Shown here one piece after another: positions 8,183 to 16,294 of a stretch of 32,000 nucleotides of DNA. Position 1 is the stretch's first letter. Each line of letters opens with the position of its first letter. This stretch comes from Candidatus Saccharimonadota bacterium (GTDB taxonomy: Bacteria > Patescibacteriota > Saccharimonadia > Saccharimonadales > Saccharimonadaceae). A program made the translations under genes and the position numbers. The stretch is taken from NCBI RefSeq assembly GCF_025273655.1, contig NZ_CP045921.1:240001-272000 (forward strand), written 5' to 3'. The notes under the pieces are model-generated. The model saw nothing but the letters and a program-made list of their open reading frames with translations. It was not told where the DNA came from and made no database searches.

Positions 8183-8262
8183 GCTTGAGTAAATCCTTAA
8201 AATCTGCTATCCTAACCTCATAAACAATCAAATCGCATGTGGAGTGCAGATAGAGGTGTGAA

Positions 8263-11200
8263 ATGGGGCTGGCTATTAAGTCGAAACGTCGCGGTGGGCT
8301 GATACTAACAGTAATAGCGGCATTTGCGCTAGTCGCACAGCCAATGTATGGGCTTATAGCGGACCAAGTGGCGCATGCGGCAGGCAATGTCACAATCAAC
8401 GAAGTGTCGAGCGCTAGCTCGCCAGAATGGGTTGAACTATATGCTCCGGCTGACACAAATCTTGCTGGCTGGGTAGTGCAGTTCGACGCAAATGACGGCA
8501 CCGCGCAAAAGAAAATCCTTACCAGCGCCGATGTGACAGACGCAAACGGCTTGTTTGTTGTCGAGACAACAACCACATGGCTTACAAATACTGGTGACGT
8601 AATCAAACTGTACGACGGCACCACTCTCAAGCAGACGGTGACGGTGCCAAACCTTACTGCTGCGCAGAGTTATCGCGCAGACTATGACGGCGCGTCGGCA
8701 TTTGCAATATCCGGCACGCCGACAAAAGGTATCACAAACGGTACAGCCCCCGCACTCACACTTGCCCAGCGTGTTGCTGCCGCAGCTCCTGGTGATACGA
8801 TTGATATTACAAACGACGAAGTTATCCCGTCGCAAGTCGTCATCACTAAACCTCTAATAATCAAAAGCTCCACCGGCGCCAAACTTTCCACGCCAAATGC
8901 ACTCACCGGTATACTTGGCATCCAGTCAAATAACGTCACAATCGATGGCCTGATATTTGAATCCAACTTTGATATCGGTGAGTCGCAAGTCGTCCGTGGT
9001 TTGGAAATCTCTAGCTACACGGGTATTACTGTCAAAAACAACCGGTTCCTTAATCTCCGTCAGCCTGCCTATATCAATGACAACGCGCAGGTGACGGTGA
9101 TAAATAACTATACCAATCAGACAAAAGGTTGGGTCATTCTTTCGAACAGCAACGTTTCATTTAGTGGTAATACTTGGGGTACAAATGTACTTGATATTGC
9201 CATCATCGCTGGTGCGACAAATAATTATTCTGACGCACAAGTGGTTGCTATGAGCGATACAAATGCTGATGCGGTGGTAGAAAATCAGTTCGGTGGCAGC
9301 AAGCGACTCTCCGATGCCTATGTGACGCAGACTAGTAATGGCAATAGCGGTGATGAAGGTTCAAAATGGAATCCATATACTAGTATCCAGAGCGGTGTCG
9401 GTCGCATCGTACCAGGCGGTACTGTCCATGTTGCAAATGGCACATATAGTCAGTCAACATCTGTCGATAAGTCGGCCACCGTCAAAGCAGAGAGTCAGGC
9501 GGCTCGCGTCATCGGTGGACCAAGCTACAACGACACAGCGTTTCGTGTCGCAGCACCAAACGTCACAATCGATGGATTCTCAATCGGCGACACATCATCG
9601 ATGGTAGGCACCGTCGGTGTCGATCTGGGTGGCAGCGCAGGTGCCGTGGTCAAAAACAACGTCATCGAGCACAACCAGCGTGGCATCAGCCTTGCGGGCG
9701 CGTCAAACGTCACACTTGATAGCAACACGGTACGTGATAACAATGCAAATCCAGAGAATAATGCGGGAATTTGGGGCGATGCCGTAAGCGGCATCACTAT
9801 AGTAAATAGTGCATTTTCGGGCGCAAGTAATACTTCGATTAATCTCGCTGGTTCGTCAAACATCGTTCTCTCACGCAATACCTTTACTAGCGGCGCAAAC
9901 GCTGCAGTGCTATGGGGCGATAGCAATGTCACGCTACAAGATAACTTGCTAAGTGGTCTCAGTAGCACTGGCTTCTTTGTCACTGGTACGATTGGGCTAA
10001 ATGCGACCAACAATACACTTACAGCATCGACGACAGGCAAAAGCGCTTTCAGCATCAGCACGGCAAGCGGTGCCCAGTCATCCGACATTACGCTAACCGG
10101 CAACAAGATTACTGGCTATACAAACGGTTTGAATGTAGGTTCAGGATCATTCAGTGGGACTGTCGCAGCCACGAAAAACTGGTGGGGTAGTGCAACTGGC
10201 CCGCAAGATACAAACAGTACCGATGGCAGCACCCCGGCAGCAAATGCTGCAGGCACTGGCGTCGCCGTCAACGGTGCAGCGCGCTACGGTAGCTGGTGCC
10301 TCAGCGTTGCGTGTACTGATTTCTACGGCGCACTGACTGCACCAACTAACCTTACTCCACCTGCTGGCGCCTTCACTCGAGATCGCGGCTTCTCGATGAC
10401 TTGGAACGTTGTTCCTGGTGCAAGCATCTACGAATACCGCACGGCAAATACATTGGTCGATGCGACTACACTCGGCCCAATCATTTATAGCGACAACAGC
10501 GCCTCGTCGAACTACTCTGTAGCAGGCGGCAAGGTGACGCGCGGTAACAGTGGTACGCCGGATGCCGATTACTACTGGCAGGTTCGCGCCGGCGACGGCT
10601 CAGGCAGCTGGGGTCCATGGAGCGCGATTAGCAAAGTCACTGTCGACAACGTTGCGCCGACTAGCACAAATGACCTTGCTAGTCTCGTGCGCGGCAGCCT
10701 GATAATTCACCACACAATTACCGACAATACGCAGCCTGCCTCTGGCAAACTCCGCATCTGGAAGCAAAATTCAGACGGCAGCCTCGACAACTCGAAGTTC
10801 TACGCGAGTGCCAACGCGGTTGCCACCGACAGCGCAGGAGTCGCTACTTATGCACTCAATACCGCGTCGCAGCTCTATGGCGATGGCAAATACACTGCCA
10901 AATTCACTTCACGCGACGCAGCAGGCAACGAAAGCGTCCAAGAAAAAGTCTTCACTGTCGACAATACGGCACCGACAGTCACTGTTAAATCGGGTGCGAT
11001 CGGCAACACAACGAGCAAAATCTTTAGCAACGTCAGCCTTAGTCTCTACGACGCGTACCAGGTCGACAGATACGTGCTCAACGGCCAAATGGTTGATTTC
11101 ACAAACAATACCTACAGCGACGCAAACTTCCAAAACATCAAATCAAAACTCGTCCAAGGCTCCAATACATTCGTACTCTACGATGTCGCTGGCAATACCA

Positions 11201-12576
11201 CGACATACGTCTTCAACTATGACACGGTTGCCCCTGCTGCTCCGACACACCAGTCGCCAGGGGCAGACACCATCCAGTCGTCAAACGATTTCTGGTTTGA
11301 TTGGTCCGACGTGTCCGACGCCGTGAGTTACGAGATGCAAAACTCGCAAAATCCAGCGATAGGCGCAGATGGTTCGTTTACAAATGTCCAGTGGACAGGC
11401 GACTACCAACAAATCCAACCAATTGAATCGCAGGCTCGCTCTGTCGGCGCCAACGGTACTTGGTACTGGCAGGTTCGCGCAGTCGATGCAGCAGGCAACA
11501 AAAGCACATGGACAGCACCATGGAAGGTCACGATTGACCATGATGCACCACATGTACCGGTAGATCTTACCTGGGTCGCACAAGGTGGCGCTAGCGTCAC
11601 GAGTGGAAACGCCACAAACGTAGCGCAGGGGACACTAGGCTGGAATCACGCTTTGAGCGATTCGGATGTTGATCATTATAAATACTATTTCTGGACAAAT
11701 ATTCCAGGTTACTTCAACGGTCAGGCAAACGCTTGGTCGACCAGCGATGCTTCGTACTTTACTAATTCTTCTATAGGTGGCTCTATCTGGACAAACTTCG
11801 ACCACCGAGAGGGTACTTACTACTTCTGTGTCAAAGCAATCGACTTTGCAGGTAATGAATCGTCCTGTAGCGATACGTTCTCTATCCTATATGATGCCAC
11901 AGCGCCTATAGCACATGTGACTGCTAGTTCCTACGATGCTGCAGCCAAACAGCTTACAGTCCAGGGCGACACAAGCGACACAACAGACGAGGTAACAGTC
12001 GAGTACGCTGGTGCGAGCTATGTGGCAACTGTCGATTCAGACAAAAAATGGACAGTCACCATCCCCACTCCCGCATCACCAGATGGTCAAGTTGTGACTG
12101 CCTTTGCGCGCGATACTGCTGGCAATGTCACGAACCCTGGTGCGACACACACCGTTGCTGTCGCCCCTGCCGCAGAACCTAGTGGCAACATAAACGGCGG
12201 TCAAAGTGATGGCTCAGGAGAGGGCAACGGCACTACTGCGCAGCGTTCTGTCGTGACAACTCTGCCATCCGTGCTTGGTGCGGTATTGCCGGTATTTATC
12301 GTCAGCGCAACGACGCCAACCGTAGCAACAACATTGCCGACCGGTAATGTTGCGGTGGACTCGGCGCAGCAGGCAACTGTACTGGGTAGCGAAACTACAA
12401 GCAACTCAGCTTCAGGTGGGGACGACGAATCTAATGTCAAAGGCGCTGCAGACGAAAAAACAAGCGCCAACTGGTTTGCGACTAACTGGTGGTGGCTCGT
12501 TCTACTCTTGGCCGCTATCGGTGGCACATGGTGGCTCTTGGTCGCACGTCGTCGCCGTGTTGCAGAAAACGCATAG
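8263..12576 (+). CDS. Giant cell-surface protein: signal/TM, lamin-tail domain, parallel beta-helix, FN3/Ig-like modules, Trp-rich C-terminal anchor
   Basis: The N-terminal hydrophobic segment is GGLILTVIAAFALVAQPMYG. An LTD-like motif runs VTINEVSS..SPEWVELYAP...LAGWVVQF (about 8383-8668). Repeated N/G/T-rich beta-helix turns end in the NWWGSATGP motif (10177-). Several modules read ...YYWQVRA.D..GN.S.WS....VT.D. The C-terminus is WFATNWWWLVLLLAAIGGTWWLLVARRRRV. Confidence 0.85.
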   Translation: MGLAIKSKRRGGLILTVIAAFALVAQPMYGLIADQVAHAAGNVTINEVSSASSPEWVELYAPADTNLAGWVVQFDANDGTAQKKILTSADVTDANGLFVVETTTTWLTNTGDVIKLYDGTTLKQTVTVPNLTAAQSYRADYDGASAFAISGTPTKGITNGTAPALTLAQRVAAAAPGDTIDITNDEVIPSQVVITKPLIIKSSTGAKLSTPNALTGILGIQSNNVTIDGLIFESNFDIGESQVVRGLEISSYTGITVKNNRFLNLRQPAYINDNAQVTVINNYTNQTKGWVILSNSNVSFSGNTWGTNVLDIAIIAGATNNYSDAQVVAMSDTNADAVVENQFGGSKRLSDAYVTQTSNGNSGDEGSKWNPYTSIQSGVGRIVPGGTVHVANGTYSQSTSVDKSATVKAESQAARVIGGPSYNDTAFRVAAPNVTIDGFSIGDTSSMVGTVGVDLGGSAGAVVKNNVIEHNQRGISLAGASNVTLDSNTVRDNNANPENNAGIWGDAVSGITIVNSAFSGASNTSINLAGSSNIVLSRNTFTSGANAAVLWGDSNVTLQDNLLSGLSSTGFFVTGTIGLNATNNTLTASTTGKSAFSISTASGAQSSDITLTGNKITGYTNGLNVGSGSFSGTVAATKNWWGSATGPQDTNSTDGSTPAANAAGTGVAVNGAARYGSWCLSVACTDFYGALTAPTNLTPPAGAFTRDRGFSMTWNVVPGASIYEYRTANTLVDATTLGPIIYSDNSASSNYSVAGGKVTRGNSGTPDADYYWQVRAGDGSGSWGPWSAISKVTVDNVAPTSTNDLASLVRGSLIIHHTITDNTQPASGKLRIWKQNSDGSLDNSKFYASANAVATDSAGVATYALNTASQLYGDGKYTAKFTSRDAAGNESVQEKVFTVDNTAPTVTVKSGAIGNTTSKIFSNVSLSLYDAYQVDRYVLNGQMVDFTNNTYSDANFQNIKSKLVQGSNTFVLYDVAGNTTTYVFNYDTVAPAAPTHQSPGADTIQSSNDFWFDWSDVSDAVSYEMQNSQNPAIGADGSFTNVQWTGDYQQIQPIESQARSVGANGTWYWQVRAVDAAGNKSTWTAPWKVTIDHDAPHVPVDLTWVAQGGASVTSGNATNVAQGTLGWNHALSDSDVDHYKYYFWTNIPGYFNGQANAWSTSDASYFTNSSIGGSIWTNFDHREGTYYFCVKAIDFAGNESSCSDTFSILYDATAPIAHVTASSYDAAAKQLTVQGDTSDTTDEVTVEYAGASYVATVDSDKKWTVTIPTPASPDGQVVTAFARDTAGNVTNPGATHTVAVAPAAEPSGNINGGQSDGSGEGNGTTAQRSVVTTLPSVLGAVLPVFIVSATTPTVATTLPTGNVAVDSAQQATVLGSETTSNSASGGDDESNVKGAADEKTSANWFATNWWWLVLLLAAIGGTWWLLVARRRRVAENA

Positions 12577-12596
12577 CATCTTCCTGATGTGATGTA

Positions 12597-12631
12597 AGCG
12601 AGTATCTCCGTCACAGATACTCGCTTTTTTC
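12597..12631 (+). terminator. Intrinsic terminator after the giant surface-protein gene
   Basis: AGCGAGTATCT (12597-12607) pairs perfectly over 11 bp with AGATACTCGCT (12615-12625) around a 7-nt loop. A T6 run follows. Confidence 0.85.
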
Positions 12632-12657
12632 TACCACAAGCACTATACTAGTGGCAC

Positions 12658-13557
12658 ATGGCCACAAAAAAACAAAAAACCTGGCTGCAAAAAGTGCACC
12701 ACAGCGGCAAGTACCACGCGCGCATGACACTCGTGCCGCACAGGCACAACCAATACAAGCCCCATCTTATTCGCCGACAAGGTCTCATGGTTATTGTGGT
12801 GGCAGTGCTGTTGGTGCAGCTTATCACGCATCTTAACTATTTCCATGCGGTACTAGGTGATCAGGCGCAGGTGACGGTGGCGGGGTTGCTCGATGGCACT
12901 AACGATGAGCGTTCCAAGGCAAATCTGCAGCCACTTACGCTTGATGCTCGCCTCAGCGACGCAGCCTATATGAAAGCTCGCGATATGCTAGACAAACAGT
13001 ACTGGTCGCATACATCACCGAGCGGTGTACAGCCTTGGAAATGGCTGGGTGATGCAGGTTATAACTACAGCTATGCAGGCGAAAACTTGGCACGTAATTT
13101 CAGTACAAGTCAGGCGGTAGTGAGCGCCTGGATGGCCTCACCCTCGCATCGCGACAACGTACTTAAGAGTCAGTACCAGGACGTCGGTTTTGCAACAGTG
13201 GAGGGGACTATGAATGGCCATCCCATCTCACTTGTGGTGGCTATGTACGGTACGCCGCCCGTCTCGGGTATCGGCGCAGTCCAGGGGGTTAACTTTGCGG
13301 CACCAGCTAGTGCGCAGCTAAGTCTAGCATCGCGCATCGGCATTGGCTTACAGTCGGTGAGTCCGGCTATTCTCAGTAGTATTGTATTGTTACTGCTTGC
13401 AGCAATTGTGGCACTTATAGCTCAGCTATACCACCGTCATATCCCCAAATACCTACAAAGTACTTGGAATCGTCACCACGGACTCGTCAAAGGCTTAGGG
13501 TTGTCGTCATTTGTCATTGTGATCTTGGCGTTTTACAGTACCTATGGTCAACTCTAG
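12658..13557 (+). CDS. Membrane-anchored CAP/SCP (YkwD-like) domain protein
   Basis: A basic N-terminus and a TM helix (LMVIVVAVLLVQLI) are followed by a CAP-domain core ...YSYAGENLARNFSTSQAVVSAWMASPSHRDNVLKSQYQDVGFA.... Two further C-terminal TM helices are present. A TATACT box at 12644-12649 lies 8 nt before the ATG. Confidence 0.75.
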   Translation: MATKKQKTWLQKVHHSGKYHARMTLVPHRHNQYKPHLIRRQGLMVIVVAVLLVQLITHLNYFHAVLGDQAQVTVAGLLDGTNDERSKANLQPLTLDARLSDAAYMKARDMLDKQYWSHTSPSGVQPWKWLGDAGYNYSYAGENLARNFSTSQAVVSAWMASPSHRDNVLKSQYQDVGFATVEGTMNGHPISLVVAMYGTPPVSGIGAVQGVNFAAPASAQLSLASRIGIGLQSVSPAILSSIVLLLLAAIVALIAQLYHRHIPKYLQSTWNRHHGLVKGLGLSSFVIVILAFYSTYGQL

Positions 13558-13566
13558 TACATATTA

Positions 13567-13595
13567 TTGACTTTTTAGCATAAGAATGTTAGAGT
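13567..13595 (+). promoter_or_regulatory. Sigma-70-type promoter (TTGACT, 17 nt spacer, TAGAGT)
   Basis: The -35 box TTGACT is at 13567-13572 and the -10 box TAGAGT at 13590-13595, with an exact 17-nt spacer. The upstream block GTACATATTATTGACTTTT recurs at 17933-17952. Confidence 0.55.
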
Positions 13596-13624
13596 AGTGT
13601 TTGTAAACGCTCATACACAAACAC

Positions 13625-13837
13625 ATGATTCTATTGCCAAAACACCATATTACATTTGACCCTATAGACCCACTTGGTGATGGTCTGGGCGAAGATATTG
13701 CTGCCGAGCGCCGCGAAGCGGGGGCTATTCGAGATCTTACTGATCCTATCGATCCGCAAGATCTCGCACAGTCGTGGGGCGCTCTGCTCGAAGAAGTCAA
13801 AAGCGATCCTGAGTGGTTCGACTTCGCTGCTGACTAG
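13625..13837 (+). CDS. Small acidic hypothetical protein (70 aa)
   Basis: The ORF has its own promoter upstream and its codon usage looks similar to that of its neighbours. It has no SD, no recognisable motif, no signal peptide and no TM segment. Confidence 0.45.
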   Translation: MILLPKHHITFDPIDPLGDGLGEDIAAERREAGAIRDLTDPIDPQDLAQSWGALLEEVKSDPEWFDFAAD

Positions 13838-13854
13838 CGTATAATGGGCTACAC

Positions 13855-14235
13855 ATGCAGATTTCCGACGAACACTTTGACAAGCTGATTACTCGTGCCA
13901 TGGATGAGCTACCGCAGGAATATATCTCTGGCCTCGACAACGTCGCCATAGTACAGGCAGACGACCCCACGGACGAGCAGAAGCAGAAAATGCACATCGA
14001 CGACCATCACTTGTTGCTTGGTCTCTACGAAGGTATTCCGTTGCCAGCACGCGGGGCTGGCTACACATTTGTACTGCCAGACAAAATCACTCTGTTCAAG
14101 CATCCTTTGCTCAAGGTCTCACATGATGAGCACGAGTTTTTCGAGCAAGTTAAACGCACACTCTGGCACGAGATGGCTCACTTTTATGGCCTTAGCCACT
14201 CCGATATGGATCGACTTCAGCAAAAAAACTCTTAA
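13855..14235 (+). CDS. Zincin-type metallopeptidase family protein (Zincin_1/DUF1025-like)
   Basis: Its small size (126 aa) and C-terminal HExxH motif in the context LWHEMAHFYGLSHSDMD fit this family. A TATAAT box at 13840-13845 lies 9 nt before the ATG. Confidence 0.7.
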   Translation: MQISDEHFDKLITRAMDELPQEYISGLDNVAIVQADDPTDEQKQKMHIDDHHLLLGLYEGIPLPARGAGYTFVLPDKITLFKHPLLKVSHDEHEFFEQVKRTLWHEMAHFYGLSHSDMDRLQQKNS

Positions 14236-14266
14236 ACACCGCGTACTTTTTTGCTATACTAGATAC

Positions 14267-15316
14267 ATGACGAAGCGAGGAGGTGGGTCACATAGGCGCA
14301 GATTCTCGATACTCGTAGTATCGATCCTGATGCTCACGGCCACTTTTTTGCTTCCATTCTCAGCGCACGCAGAAGATGTGACGCCTCCAGAGGCTGTCGA
14401 AGCCCCGTTACTTTCATTTACCGCGACAGACGCATACTTGGTGCAGGCGACTCACGTGTCGCTCCGGGCTCCACTTGGTACCAGCGCGGTAGAGTTTTCT
14501 ATTGGTGATCAGCGCATTCCTGGCATACGAGAAACACCACAGACTCCTGTGCAGGAACCTGCAACATTTGAAATTTGGCATCCTTCCGAGCAGCCAGCAG
14601 CCAGCGGTGTCATGCAAGCGCACATAGTGGGTAACGAAGACGCAACCGCGCAGATTGTGCTACACGATTTACTGGTACCGCGCATTGCCCAGGTCGGTGA
14701 TTCGCTTGAGGTACATGGTACGACGACGGGCTCGGTATTGCCTGGCACTACACTCGCACTGACATTCAACGGCGGTGCGCCACAGGCTGTCGATTGTACG
14801 GCCGGCTGTGGAGCGGATACATTGCTTGCCACACTGCCACTTGCCAACGTAGTGGCGGGTGAGTACACTGCGCAGCTTCAGTTTACCGACACTAGTGGTG
14901 AGCTCGGTAGCACGACGAGCGCTCCGGCCACCGTGTCTTGGCCGGCCAAGTCGGACATCGACAATGTTATCATCCCGGTTGCCAAGCCCCAGGTCTATGT
15001 TGACAAGCTTGAAGTAGTGCCGATTGGCTCACTTTCTACACAGTTCTCCACGCCAGTCAGTCCCAAGCTGGTAGAAGCTATCTCGAGCACAGATAGCCTC
15101 CAGTTGGCTGCTGCGCCGCTTGAGTCTGATGTCAAAGGTGCTGCCACAGCACAATCAAATCCGCTCCGGATAACATCACTCGATACAACTCCAAATATAC
15201 CGGTAGCCCCATCAGATGGTGGCTGGGCAGTTCTAGGTATAGCCTGGTATTGGTGGGCAAGTGGTGGCTTGGCGGCATGGGCAGGCGTGGTAGCGGCGCG
15301 TTGGTGGTTGCGCTAG
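14267..15316 (+). CDS. Secreted surface protein with Ig-like region and Trp-rich C-terminal anchor
   Basis: I prefer the internal ATG at 14267, which gives MTKRGGGSHRRRFSILVVSILMLTATFLLPFSAHA-EDV, a classical signal peptide. A TATACT box lies 6 nt upstream. The C-terminus is ...ESDVKGAA...GGWAVLGIAWYWWASGGLAAWAGVVAARWWLR. The upstream part of the 14018 ORF overlaps the zincin gene. Confidence 0.7.
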   Translation: MTKRGGGSHRRRFSILVVSILMLTATFLLPFSAHAEDVTPPEAVEAPLLSFTATDAYLVQATHVSLRAPLGTSAVEFSIGDQRIPGIRETPQTPVQEPATFEIWHPSEQPAASGVMQAHIVGNEDATAQIVLHDLLVPRIAQVGDSLEVHGTTTGSVLPGTTLALTFNGGAPQAVDCTAGCGADTLLATLPLANVVAGEYTAQLQFTDTSGELGSTTSAPATVSWPAKSDIDNVIIPVAKPQVYVDKLEVVPIGSLSTQFSTPVSPKLVEAISSTDSLQLAAAPLESDVKGAATAQSNPLRITSLDTTPNIPVAPSDGGWAVLGIAWYWWASGGLAAWAGVVAARWWLR

Positions 15317-15366
15317 GGAGCGTAAGCGCGTTGCGTTTCCAGGGGTAAACAGGTACAATCTAGAGC

Positions 15367-16182
15367 ATGAACATCACCAAAGCTATCATTCCTGTTGCAG
15401 GATGGGGAACCCGTCGCCTGCCTGTCACCAAAGCCATCGAGAAGTGCATGCTGCCGGTTGGTAACCGTCCGGTTGTCGACTATGTAGTACAAGACTGTAT
15501 TCGTGCAGGTATTACTGAAATCTTTTTTGTCGTCAATCAAGGTGACAGTCAGCTCGAGAAGTACTATTCACATAATCTTGCACTCGAGCAATATCTCAAT
15601 TATTTTGGCAAACAAGAATACCTCAAATACGTTATGCCCCCGGAAGGGATTAAGTTTTATTATATTGACCAAGATACCAACGCCAAATACGGTACAGCTA
15701 TCCCCGTGGGTATGTGTGCACAGTATCTCAAGCCTGGCGAGTCGGTGGTCGTAGCAACAGGCGACGCCTTCTTCTATAATCCGGACGGACACTCGGAGGT
15801 CGCACTTATGATCGCATCTACAGCCGAAGGCGGCAACTCTATGCTTACTACAGAAGTGCCGCGCGAAAGTGTCAGTAAGTACGGCGTGGTAGAATTTGAC
15901 ACCAATGGCAATTACTACCAGATTATCGAGAAACCGGCGGTAGAGCAGGCACCAAGTACCTCCATAAACACCAGTTACTTCGTGCTCAACTACGATGTCA
16001 TGCAGGCGATTTCCGCATATGCAAATGTTGATATAACAGGGGAATACTATATTCTTGAACCGATCAATCAGTATGTACTTACAGGGGGATCTGTACAAGT
16101 TGTACGTGCTGCAGGCCAGTATCTCGATGCTGGTGAACCATATTCTTGGCTCTACGCCAACCGTGTCATTCTGGGTCAATAA
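15367..16182 (+). CDS. galU: UTP--glucose-1-phosphate uridylyltransferase-like nucleotidyltransferase
   Basis: The N-terminus KAIIPVAGWGTRRLPVTKAIEKCMLPVGNRPVVDYVV matches the GalU signature (AVIPVAGLGTRxLPATKAxPKEMLP). It also carries EKPAVEQAPSTSINTSYFVL. A TACAAT box lies 7 nt before the ATG. Confidence 0.75.
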   Translation: MNITKAIIPVAGWGTRRLPVTKAIEKCMLPVGNRPVVDYVVQDCIRAGITEIFFVVNQGDSQLEKYYSHNLALEQYLNYFGKQEYLKYVMPPEGIKFYYIDQDTNAKYGTAIPVGMCAQYLKPGESVVVATGDAFFYNPDGHSEVALMIASTAEGGNSMLTTEVPRESVSKYGVVEFDTNGNYYQIIEKPAVEQAPSTSINTSYFVLNYDVMQAISAYANVDITGEYYILEPINQYVLTGGSVQVVRAAGQYLDAGEPYSWLYANRVILGQ

Positions 16183-16222
16183 CATACCTTTCTAGATATT
16201 TGACTGAAATATGGTTAAGCTA

Positions 16223-16251
16223 TTGCTTTTTTATCATATTTATGGTAATAT
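16223..16251 (+). promoter_or_regulatory. Promoter of the 528-aa low-complexity protein gene (TTGCTT, 17 nt spacer, TGgTAATAT)
   Basis: The -35-like TTGCTT is at 16223-16228 and TAATAT at 16246-16251 with a TG extension. The -10 box and the following 13 nt are near-identical to 17967-17985. Confidence 0.55.
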
Positions 16252-16294
16252 GAAATCATAACGCTATAAAAAGCAAGTATAAGGAACCATATTT

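Noticed and set aside
9525-10106. Long antisense ORFs in the six-frame track. Examples are 9525-10106(-), 8130-8630(-), 15568-16185(-), 16930-17412(-), 24396-24848(-), 2756-3193(-) and 6362-6841(-).
   Set aside because: Each lies wholly inside, and opposite to, a gene with strong motif support. Their translations are low-complexity or Ser/Arg/Cys-rich, as expected for antisense frames. None has a promoter or SD of the kinds seen elsewhere in the window.
12334-12348. LPTGN in the stalk of the giant protein as a possible sortase motif.
   Set aside because: LPXTG requires a residue between P and T. The site lies about 75 aa before the hydrophobic helix, and the sequence after it is not a sorting signal.
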